From contig CP074573.1 in NCBI GenBank assembly GCA_018394295.1, forward strand, positions 1,587,156 through 1,619,155: a stretch of DNA of 32,000 nucleotides, written 5' to 3'. This DNA comes from Mycoplasmatota bacterium (GTDB taxonomy: Bacteria > Bacillota_I > Bacilli_A > Haloplasmatales > Haloplasmataceae). Under the pieces are notes generated by a model, which was given only the letters and a program-made list of their open reading frames with translations, was not told the origin of the DNA and ran no database searches. This document shows, in pieces, positions 1 to 7,917 of this stretch; positions within the stretch are counted from its first letter, which is position 1, and every line of letters starts with the position of its first letter. The position numbers and the translations under genes are program-made.

Positions 1-330
1 AGGTAAAATCGCAGCTCCTTCTACAATAATGGGTTTCTCACAATCTAATTTTTCAAGATCTTCTATGATCAAATTTAACTCTTCTTTATAATACAGCAAT
101 TCTTCATTTACTTGTGTATTAATATCTCTTGAAAAAATATCATCCCAACTAAGTTTAGATAATTTCGACATCATAGAGTAACCTCTTTTAGCTCCTTCTT
201 TCATATGTTGCTCATAATAATCATCAACCTTATAATAGTAAAAACCATATTTTTCAGCTAATTTTTCACTAATTGTACTTTTCCCACAACAAGGTGACCC
301 ACCGATAAAATACATGTTATTTAAATCCAT
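1..330 (-). CDS. P-loop nucleoside/nucleotide kinase-like protein, partial (runs off left edge)
   Basis: Minus-strand translation begins MDLNNMYFIGGSPCCGKSTISEKLAEKYGF; Walker A GGSPCCGKST; ORF open to window edge. Confidence 0.75.
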   Translation of the reverse strand, partial: MDLNNMYFIGGSPCCGKSTISEKLAEKYGFYYYKVDDYYEQHMKEGAKRGYSMMSKLSKLSWDDIFSRDINTQVNEELLYYKEELNLIIEDLEKLDCEKPIIVEGAAILP

Positions 331-405
331 AGTCTTCTCCTAATATATCAATAGTTATTTATATGAAACCAAATATTACCTTATCTGTCAAGTCTTTATA
401 AAAGA

Positions 406-429
406 AAAGACCTAATATTTAAGGTCTTT
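406..429 (-). terminator. Rho-independent terminator of the M23 gene
   Basis: Inverted repeat aaagacct (406-413)/aggtcttt (422-429), followed on the minus strand by T-rich sequence; overlaps the stop codon. Confidence 0.55.
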
Positions 430-1399
430 AATGTAATCGAATTCTTTTCCATTTTCTTAAATAAGAATAGGGATTAAAACTCCATTCTTTTCTACCATCA
501 TATTTATAAAAGCCAAAATGTAAATGAGGGGGAAATTTCCCGCTTGTTCCTTCTTTACCATATCCAGTAGAACCCACATAGCCAATTACTTGACCAGGTT
601 CCACAAAGTCACCTTCATTGATGTTCTTAGCATATCCTCGTAAATGAGCATAGAACTCATAAGTATTATAAATATCCCGTATTCCTATTCGATATCCTCC
701 ATATTTATTCCAACCTTTTATTTCTATTATTCCATAAGCAGTTGAAACAACTGGGGTACCGTAATGCGCAAATATATCAACTCCTTCATGCGCCCTTAGC
801 CCTCCATAAGACCTTGTCCCTCCATAATTATTGACCATACTTGCTTCATAACCTCTCGGAATTGGATGAACTCTCTTTGATAAGTCAATTGTTTGGTAGT
901 GCTGAAATAATTGAGCAATTTCAAATATAATCTTTACACCTTTTTCACTCTTATAATAATTTATTAGAGATTCTTTAATTTTATCCTCTGTAACACCATA
1001 TAAGTTAATATAATTAACCATCGCAGTTAATCTGTCATATGTATTTAAACGATTTGCAACTCCATCATTATCTCCATCAACACCCATGCCATTAAATAAT
1101 TCAATTCGATAAAGATTTGAGTCCTCTTTAATGGGATTATTGATCCCACTCCAAACTTTTGGTTCAAAACAGATTGAAATAACTTCATCTTCTTTAGGAC
1201 AATATGACCGATAGTTTTTTGTATTTCTTTCATATTGGTCAATCGCTGCTATCATATACCAAGGGATATCAGTGATTAAGGCATACTCTTTATATATATA
1301 TATTCTTTGATTCATTTGATTATCTTCTGCTTTTGTTTGACTTGATAGTCCAACAATCAATAAAAAAAGCATTGTAAAAAAGATTAATTTTACTTTCAT
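428..1399 (-). CDS. M23 family metallopeptidase with N-terminal export signal
   Basis: Signal-like N-terminus; LytM/M23 motifs HEGVDIFAHYGTPV...YAHL...GYVGSTG...PPHLHFG; preceded by GGAGG-type RBS. Confidence 0.9.
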   Translation of the reverse strand: MKVKLIFFTMLFLLIVGLSSQTKAEDNQMNQRIYIYKEYALITDIPWYMIAAIDQYERNTKNYRSYCPKEDEVISICFEPKVWSGINNPIKEDSNLYRIELFNGMGVDGDNDGVANRLNTYDRLTAMVNYINLYGVTEDKIKESLINYYKSEKGVKIIFEIAQLFQHYQTIDLSKRVHPIPRGYEASMVNNYGGTRSYGGLRAHEGVDIFAHYGTPVVSTAYGIIEIKGWNKYGGYRIGIRDIYNTYEFYAHLRGYAKNINEGDFVEPGQVIGYVGSTGYGKEGTSGKFPPHLHFGFYKYDGRKEWSFNPYSYLRKWKRIRLH

Positions 1400-1505
1400 G
1401 TTCTCCTCCGTTTAGGAATTTTATTCTACATTATTATTATGGAATATAAATTTTATAATAAACAAACTGGTATATAAAACATATTTTGGATAATATTTCA
1501 ATAAA

Positions 1506-1525
1506 AAAAGAGCCTAAGCTCTTTT
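1506..1525 (-). terminator. Compact terminator overlapping the mdh stop codon
   Basis: Perfect 8-bp stem aaaagagc (1506-1513)/gctctttt (1518-1525), 4-nt loop containing part of the TAG stop; flanked by A-run (T-run on minus strand). Confidence 0.7.
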
Positions 1526-2455
1526 AGATTGTTCTATGATAGATAAAACAGAAGCTACTGATTTATCTAATAATAATTTTTCATTATTGGTTAAATCCAA
1601 CTCAATAACTTTCATTACACCATTCCCTCCAATTATTACTGGAACTCCTAAATAAATATCATCATATCCATATTCTCCCTCTAGATATGCTATCGCAGGA
1701 ATAATACGTCTTCGATCTTTAATAATTGCTTCTGTCATTTCTAAAAGGGCAGCACTAGGTGCATAATACGCACTACCATTTCCTAATAAATTAACGATTT
1801 CTCCGCCACCTTTTCTTGTTCTTTCAACAATTTCATTTAATTTTTGTTTTTCAATTAAATTTTCTAGTGGTATTCCACCAGCATAAGAATACCGAATAAG
1901 TGGTACCATATTATCTCCATGTCCACCTAAAACAACACCTGATACATCTTTAACAGAAATATTTAATTCATCAGCGACAAAACTTCTAAAACGAGCGGTA
2001 TCTAAAACACCAGATTGTCCTAAAATACGGTTTTTAGGGAAACCTGATGTTTTAAAAACCGTATAAGTCATTACATCAACTGGATTTGAGAGCACTATAA
2101 TTATACAGTTTGGCGAATATTTTATAATTTGTTTCGTCACACTTTTCATGATATGTGAATTTATCGATACTAATTCATCACGGCTCATCCCCGGCTTCCG
2201 TGGAATTCCAGCTGTAATTATGACAATATCTGAATCTAAAGTATCTTCATAATTTGAAGTACCCTTTACTTTTGTATCAAAACCTAATACTGGAGCAGCT
2301 TCACACATATCTAAAGCTTTTCCTTTAGTAGATTTTACTTTATCAGGTATGTCAACTAAAACAACATCCGCTAACTCTTTTTGTGCAATCATAAAAGCAG
2401 TCGTAGCACCAGTAAAACCAGCTCCAACAATAGAGACTTTTTTTCTTTTATTCAT
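1514..2455 (-). CDS. mdh: Malate dehydrogenase (LDH/MDH superfamily)
   Basis: N-terminal [23 protein letters not shown]-binding motif; [16 protein letters not shown] with Arg in the substrate-specificity loop as in MDH; [10 protein letters not shown] catalytic motif. Confidence 0.88.
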   Translation of the reverse strand: MNKRKKVSIVGAGFTGATTAFMIAQKELADVVLVDIPDKVKSTKGKALDMCEAAPVLGFDTKVKGTSNYEDTLDSDIVIITAGIPRKPGMSRDELVSINSHIMKSVTKQIIKYSPNCIIIVLSNPVDVMTYTVFKTSGFPKNRILGQSGVLDTARFRSFVADELNISVKDVSGVVLGGHGDNMVPLIRYSYAGGIPLENLIEKQKLNEIVERTRKGGGEIVNLLGNGSAYYAPSAALLEMTEAIIKDRRRIIPAIAYLEGEYGYDDIYLGVPVIIGGNGVMKVIELDLTNNEKLLLDKSVASVLSIIEQSKRA

Positions 2456-2545
2456 ACCCTACTCCTTTATTTTCAATAAGCTATTTTTTACATTATAACT
2501 AATAATTCCATCTTTTTCTAGCGACTTCATAAAATATATTTAAAA

Positions 2546-2568
2546 GCCATAGATTTTTCATCTATGGC
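2546..2568 (-). terminator. Rho-independent terminator of ORF 2575..2997
   Basis: gccatagat (2546-2554)/atctatggc (2560-2568) perfect 9-bp stem, then TTTTAAAT on the minus strand. Confidence 0.7.
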
Positions 2569-2574
2569 ATAATT

Positions 2575-2997
2575 TTATAATGAGTGTAAGGTAGCATTAT
2601 TAAAACGATGAGGAATATTATGTTCTAAAATAATTTCATTTAAATCCTTAGCGTTTTCGAATTCAAATTGATTCACATTTGAAAAAGCACCTGATTTAAT
2701 TAACTTGTCAGCTAATATATATTTAACCAACTCGTTATCACTAGAAACTACTTTGTTTTCATCATGTCTTTGAACAATCTTGTTTTCTTCTTCAATATAC
2801 TTTAATCCACAGTTTTTTAAATAATGATTAATATCTAAATTATCACTTAAATTAATCGCTGTTACATTTAACACATAACCATCTTCTATATTACTAATAT
2901 GATATACTTCATAGATATCATCATTTATTTTTTTAACAAATCGATCATTAGCTGAATAATAAACCTTTGAATCCTTATTATATTCACGTACTTTCAT
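2575..2997 (-). CDS. Hypothetical protein (140 aa)
   Basis: ORF with RBS (aaggagaga) upstream and terminator downstream. Confidence 0.65.
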   Translation of the reverse strand: MKVREYNKDSKVYYSANDRFVKKINDDIYEVYHISNIEDGYVLNVTAINLSDNLDINHYLKNCGLKYIEEENKIVQRHDENKVVSSDNELVKYILADKLIKSGAFSNVNQFEFENAKDLNEIILEHNIPHRFNNATLHSL

Positions 2998-3210
2998 GTC
3001 TCTCTCCTTTTCTTATATTATTTAATCTTATTTTTTGTATTTACTAATATACTATGCAAATCCACCTAAATTTTAATAAAAAATATAAAATTAATATATT
3101 CATTATTTTAGTAAACATCTCATCAAAAATTAAATAATTATTATTTACAATACTTTTCTATATTTTACTTATTAAAAAAATAATATAATTAAAAAATAAT
3201 TGAAAATATT

Positions 3211-3240
3211 GACATATATATACAAAAAAATTAATATTAT
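3211..3240 (+). promoter_or_regulatory. Candidate sigma-A promoter for ORF 3286..3702
   Basis: ttgaca (3211-3216), 18-nt spacer, tattat (3235-3240). Confidence 0.5.
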
Positions 3241-3285
3241 TGTAATAAACTATAGTAAATATGCAATTATAAAGGAGGATGTATC

Positions 3286-3702
3286 TTGAAAAAATTATTT
3301 CAAAAAGAATTAGCTATTTTTACTTCTTTTAAATCAATTCGATTACATGATTTAAATTTAGGTGGAGCATTATTAGCCCTCATTATAACTGTAGTAAATC
3401 TATTAACTAATAATATTAAGTGGACGCCTATTATTGGTGGTATTTTTAACACAACTTTAATTTTGATTTTATTAATTATCATTATTGTAAAATTAAAAAA
3501 TGAAATTAATAAACGAGACCTACAAGCATTTATATGTATTCAAACCAGTTTATTATTACTTAATATTTTATTAGAGTCTTTCTTCCCATTATCTATCCAT
3601 TTTTTGAAAGTATTTATTAGTTTATATGTAATATTTAATATATTTGTTTTTATACTTTATAGTGTATCAGAACCTGTACAAGAAGAAGAAATTACTGCTT
3701 AA
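3286..3702 (+). CDS. Hypothetical multi-pass membrane protein (138 aa)
   Basis: TTG start after aaggagg RBS; about four hydrophobic segments; followed by terminator. Confidence 0.7.
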   Translation: MKKLFQKELAIFTSFKSIRLHDLNLGGALLALIITVVNLLTNNIKWTPIIGGIFNTTLILILLIIIIVKLKNEINKRDLQAFICIQTSLLLLNILLESFFPLSIHFLKVFISLYVIFNIFVFILYSVSEPVQEEEITA

Positions 3703-3711
3703 AGTAAAAAT

Positions 3712-3740
3712 CCTTTAGATAAAAAATCTAAAGGGTTTTT
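3712..3740 (+). terminator. Rho-independent terminator
   Basis: cctttagat (3712-3720)/atctaaagg (3726-3734) followed by gttttttattttt. Confidence 0.85.
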
Positions 3741-3813
3741 TATTTTTTAAAACCATATGTCCAATCTTAACCTATCAATATGCTAAGGGTAGATGAATAA
3801 CAAGTTTGAATAA

Positions 3814-3840
3814 AAGCGCAAGACAATTATTCTTGCGCTT
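3814..3840 (-). terminator. Terminator of the truncated PPC-domain gene
   Basis: Perfect 10-bp stem aagcgcaaga (3814-3823)/tcttgcgctt (3831-3840). Confidence 0.65.
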
Positions 3841-3855
3841 TAATTATTTTAAAGG

Positions 3856-4200
3856 TTATGCAATTAATTCAAAATATAACATATAATTGCCATAATCACT
3901 ACCATAATCCGATACTTTAAGATAATAAAGACCTGGATTTAAAGTAATTTCGATAAAGAAATCCATTCCATAATTTGTATCATCACTCATATGAATTTCA
4001 TTCCCTGAACTATCATATAAATACCCAATTGTATCTAAATTAGATACAGTGTATAAAGCAATCGTAGTTGTTTCTGTTATTGTGAAATTAAAATAATCAA
4101 TATCACCAGATGGAGAAATCATCCCATTATATACGGAAGTAGTAAGATTTTCTGTTGATGTATCAAATGTATCGCCATGATCATCAGGAATTATATCACA
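3856..4200 (-). pseudogene. 3' fragment of a PPC (bacterial pre-peptidase C-terminal) domain secreted protein; 5' part missing
   Basis: In-frame translation upstream of the annotated Met gives CDIIPDDHGDTFDTSTENLTTSVYNGMISPSGDIDYFNFTITETTTIALYT...GLYYLKVSDYGSDYGNYMLYFELIA, typical of PPC domains; reading ends abruptly where IS3 transposase sequence begins. Confidence 0.75.
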
Positions 4201-4747
4201 GAAAATATGGTCTGAACAATCTGCTCAACACGCTAGTGAATTAGTTAAAAGAGCAGTATTAGCAGAAAATATACTTTTACATAAAAAACCTTTAGTGCTT
4301 CATTCTGACAATGGAAGTCCGATGAAAGGAGCCACTCTTTTAGAGACCCTTTATCAACTAGGTATTACTCCATCAAATAGTAGACCTAGAGTAAGTAATG
4401 ATAATCCTTATGCGGAGTCTATATTTAAAACATTCAAATATTGTCCAGGTTACCCAGATAAGGGCTTTGAGACTATTAAACAAGCAAGAACTTGGACATT
4501 ACAGTTTATAAACTGGTATAACTATGAACATCTTCATAGTGGGATAAAATATTTAACTCCACACCAAAGGCATTCCGGTTTATCTAATAAAATATTAAAA
4601 AAGCGAATTAAAGTCTATGAACAAGCACAACTTAAACACCCAGAAAGATGGTCGAGAAACATAAGAAATTGGAGTGTGGAAAACATTGTTTGGTTAAACC
4701 CAGAAAAATCATCAATTTTGAAAAAAGAAGAAACAAAATCTTCTTAA
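4199..4747 (+). pseudogene. IS3-family transposase (OrfB, rve integrase domain) C-terminal remnant
   Basis: Open frame from about 4199: QKIWSEQSAQHASELVKRAVLAENILLHKKPLVLHSDNGSPMKGATLLETLYQLGITPSNSRPRVSNDNPYAESIFKTFKYCPGYP...WYNYEHLHSGIKYLTPHQRH...HPERWSRNIRNW; catalytic D (HSDNG) and E (YAESIF) present, first D and N-terminus absent. Confidence 0.88.
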
Positions 4748-5019
4748 AAAAATTAAAAATATGCGACAACTACCTTGACATTAAGCGCTATATAAATTAT
4801 ATATTTTCTAATAACTGTAATATGTCGAAAAATGAGTTTAACTATCAATATATAATTAGTTTTTATTAAATATATTTAGATAAATCCGTTTTTAATCATT
4901 TCATCTTCTGATTATTTTGTCAGAGAGTAACTATATAATTTGATAATAAAAAAAGAGAAGAACTTATGAACTTATACCTGTCAAGTAGACAGAAACAAAA
5001 AAGTTAATATATTAATATT

Positions 5020-6354
5020 TTATGCTGCTAGTAGATGGCTTCTGTATTGCGCAGGGGCCATCTTTTTTAATGTCCATTGATAACGCTTATGATTATAATA
5101 ATTCATATAATCATTTAATATAAACCTCAATGATTTAATATCAGTAGCATCATAATACTCACACTCGTCTTTGAAATGTCCAAAAAATGTCTCCATTTTT
5201 GCGTTATCTAGACAATTACCTTTACGTGACATAGATTGAATAATATTTAATTCCTTTAGTTTATTTACATACATTGAATTAGTATAATGTAAACCCTGGT
5301 CTGAATGGATTAAGGTATTTTTTAGATTTTCTTCTCCATATCTTTCAACAAGTTGATTAATTACATCTAACGATAAATCTAGACTTAGATTTTGAGATAC
5401 TTTCCAAGCTACAATTTCACGTGTACAAAGATCCTTAATTACAGATAAATAATATCGATAACCATTAAAAATTAAGTATGTGATATCAGTCGCGAATACT
5501 GTACCAGGTTCATCAACATCAAAATTTCTATCTAATACATTTTCAAATGTATGATGATTTTTATATGAGTCTTTTAAATGTTTATAGGGATTTTTAATCC
5601 TTACTGTAGAACGTATACCATTCTTTTTCATTAAACGATAAACTTTTTTAGGGTTCATTACTACACCTAAATCATTTCTTAGATGCATTGTAATTCTTTG
5701 ATATCCAAATTCTTTATTTTTTACCCACAAATCACTTATTAATTTAAAATCTGATTTGTCTTGTAACTCTCTTTGTCTTCTCTTGTTAGCAGATTTAATC
5801 CATTTATAATAACCAGATCTTGATACATTAAAATATTTACATAATGTTTGTATTGGTACATTAATTTTAGTTTTTAAATCATCGATAAATTGAAATACTA
5901 ATTGAGTTGGAACATATTTATTTTCTTTTATTTTCACCTTCCTTCCTTGCCATAATTGCTTTTTTAATGCTTCAATCTCCTGCCTTTGCGCTTCTATTAT
6001 TTTCTCCTGTATTAATACTTTTTCATCAGCTGTTATTGCTTCTTTCTTTGGTCTTCCTGATTTACCATTTATATTACGACCTCTTGATTCATTAAAAAAT
6101 GATTCTTTTCCCTTTTCTTCATATTGTTTAGTCCAGTTTGTTATGTAAGTATTACTTTTAGGTTCTTTATAGGGTAATCCATGACTTTCAAATATTTCTC
6201 TTATAGATACTCCCTTTTTCTTTAACTCAACTGCTTTAATTTTAAATTCAGGTGCATATTGGATTGTCTTACCAACTTTCCTAACATAGGGATTCTTTTC
6301 TAATTCATCTCTATGTTTTTTTATATAATCTTTAATTCTTAATTTCTTCTTCAT
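5020..6354 (-). CDS. IS3-family transposase, single uninterrupted ORF (HTH + rve domain)
   Basis: Helix-turn-helix N-terminus (APEFKIKAVELKKKGVSIREIFESHGL), rve motifs FATDITYL..., LIHSDQGLHYTNSMY, RKGNCLDNAKMETFFGHFKDE (DDE), YYNHKRYQWTLKKMAPAQYR. Confidence 0.93.
   Translation of the reverse strand: MKKKLRIKDYIKKHRDELEKNPYVRKVGKTIQYAPEFKIKAVELKKKGVSIREIFESHGLPYKEPKSNTYITNWTKQYEEKGKESFFNESRGRNINGKSGRPKKEAITADEKVLIQEKIIEAQRQEIEALKKQLWQGRKVKIKENKYVPTQLVFQFIDDLKTKINVPIQTLCKYFNVSRSGYYKWIKSANKRRQRELQDKSDFKLISDLWVKNKEFGYQRITMHLRNDLGVVMNPKKVYRLMKKNGIRSTVRIKNPYKHLKDSYKNHHTFENVLDRNFDVDEPGTVFATDITYLIFNGYRYYLSVIKDLCTREIVAWKVSQNLSLDLSLDVINQLVERYGEENLKNTLIHSDQGLHYTNSMYVNKLKELNIIQSMSRKGNCLDNAKMETFFGHFKDECEYYDATDIKSLRFILNDYMNYYNHKRYQWTLKKMAPAQYRSHLLAA
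5034..5068 (+). terminator. Plus-sense terminator-like hairpin embedded in the 3' end of the transposase gene
   Basis: gatggc (5034-5039)/gccatc (5057-5062) followed by tttttt (5063-5068). Confidence 0.45.
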
Positions 6355-6481
6355 TAGTACATCTCCCTTAGTTATCTAAATTTATTATAAAATAAAATAC
6401 CTACATAGCCAACACCTTTTTATTTAGTGTCTACTATATAGGTATAATATCACTTAATCTTCTCTAAATGTATTTATTTAC

Positions 6482-7693
6482 TTAATTATTTATGGTTTTT
6501 TCTTTTACAACATAAACATAATGTTTCCATATATTGGCGAATTGATCTAATTTATATAAACGATTTACCTTGTCATCAGATCTTGCTGCTGGGTCATTAA
6601 CAATAACATAGTCAATACCGTCAACTTCTTTAAACCCTCGGACAACAAGTAAGTGACCACCAGGATAAGTCATAACACTTTCCCCATCACTTTTTAATGG
6701 TAACCCGTCTAACTGTGATGAATCTTTAACCGTAACGGATACAGCAACTGGATTTCCTTTCGCAATTAGGAGCTTTAACTCATCAATACTTGAAAGTCTT
6801 GACACATACCCTTCTAAATCTAAAGCACCAGCTACAGCTACATTATAACTCCAATTTCCATAGATATTAGCGCCAATATCTTTTGCTTTTGCAGCGGTTT
6901 CACTTGGCGTATAATCAATACCATAATAATTTAGTAACATCGTTAAAGATGTTGGACTACAAATAATATTTCCAATAGTTGGTACAATCATTTGTGAATG
7001 AACAGGTACTTCAATATCTGTTTTCCAATTCAATTCTGTTAAATCAATTGTTTCAATCACATCATTCGTAAATTTCATTGTTGCAGCAACTAATTTCAAT
7101 TGAGGGCTCTCATCTTCTGCTTTCTTTCTTGTTAAACTAATTTGATATTTAAAAGCATCAGCACCTAAACTATTTTTAAGTTTAATAGTATCAATTGACA
7201 TTCTTGCAATATCATCTTGTTGATTTGATATACTTCCATTATATTTACCAAATCCCCATCTACCATAAGTAAACCATTGTGACCATTCATTATTTTGTCT
7301 CACTTGAATTTTCAATTCAATATTTGATTTACCTGGAGTTATTGCATTCCAAGAACCTACTAATTCATCAAATGTTTTAGTATTAATAATAGGAGAAGTA
7401 TAAGTTCCTGTTAAACTTCCTTCTTTTAATATTAAACTCCCTGAATCGTAATATAGGTCTCCCAATATACCTTGAACTAGATTTTCTGTTACGTGAACAA
7501 TGGTATGTTCTTCATAAGTGAGATATTCAACGTTTTCACCTAGATAAGGCTCTGGCTCCGTAGTGACCATTTTTTCTGTAGTTGTCTCAGCAATTTTTTC
7601 TGTAGTATTCTCTTTCGATTGTTCTTCTTTTTTACATGCATTCAAACTCATGACTATCATCACTCCAATTATAAAAACTAGTAATTTTTTCAT
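6482..7693 (-). CDS. Lipoprotein with C39-like peptidase domain
   Basis: Lipobox MSLNAC; Thr/Glu-rich linker; VPVHSQMIV...GNIICSPTSLTMLLNYYG...YGNWSYNVAVAGALDLEGYV...GNPVAVSV...GGHLLVVRGF...VIVNDPAA (C39_2-like Cys/His/Asp pattern). Confidence 0.8.
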   Translation of the reverse strand: MKKLLVFIIGVMIVMSLNACKKEEQSKENTTEKIAETTTEKMVTTEPEPYLGENVEYLTYEEHTIVHVTENLVQGILGDLYYDSGSLILKEGSLTGTYTSPIINTKTFDELVGSWNAITPGKSNIELKIQVRQNNEWSQWFTYGRWGFGKYNGSISNQQDDIARMSIDTIKLKNSLGADAFKYQISLTRKKAEDESPQLKLVAATMKFTNDVIETIDLTELNWKTDIEVPVHSQMIVPTIGNIICSPTSLTMLLNYYGIDYTPSETAAKAKDIGANIYGNWSYNVAVAGALDLEGYVSRLSSIDELKLLIAKGNPVAVSVTVKDSSQLDGLPLKSDGESVMTYPGGHLLVVRGFKEVDGIDYVIVNDPAARSDDKVNRLYKLDQFANIWKHYVYVVKEKTINN

Positions 7694-7917
7694 AATGCCT
7701 CCAATTAAACTAATAAATTATAATGATTATTTATTCAATTCTACAACATATTTAAAATAAAAAAATATACTGATCTTTATTAATCCCCTATTCTTTTATC
7801 TCAATTCAATATTATCACAAAATATTTCTCATGTAAAATAACTTATGGAATTTATTTCCATTATTTCTATTCTTTTAGCGAATTTATTTTCATATACTCA
7901 TCTTCACTTTAATATAT

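Larger units (their letters stand above)
4967..6452 (-). mobile_element. Complete IS3-family insertion sequence, 1486 bp, 4-bp target duplication CTTA
   Basis: Left end TGAACTTATACCTGTCAAGTAGACAG (4967..) vs reverse complement of right end TGATATTATACCTATATAGTAGACAC (..6452), 20/26 identical, TG...CA termini; CTTA at 4963-4966 and 6453-6456. Confidence 0.88.
4954..6465 (-). terminator. Rho-independent terminator of the 6482..7693 gene, split by the IS3 element
   Basis: Arms agagaaga (4954-4961) and tcttctct (6458-6465) are perfect reverse complements; precise IS excision restores AGAGAAGA-TTAAGT-TCTTCTCT-TTTTTTATTATC on the minus strand. Confidence 0.8.

Noticed and set aside
1045-1242. 65-aa ORF antisense-frame within the M23 gene
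   Set aside because: Alternative frame inside a clearly coding gene.
4648-4869. ORF of 73 aa overlapping the IS3 remnant
   Set aside because: Overlaps the transposase reading frame and then extends through AT-rich intergenic DNA; no coding signature.
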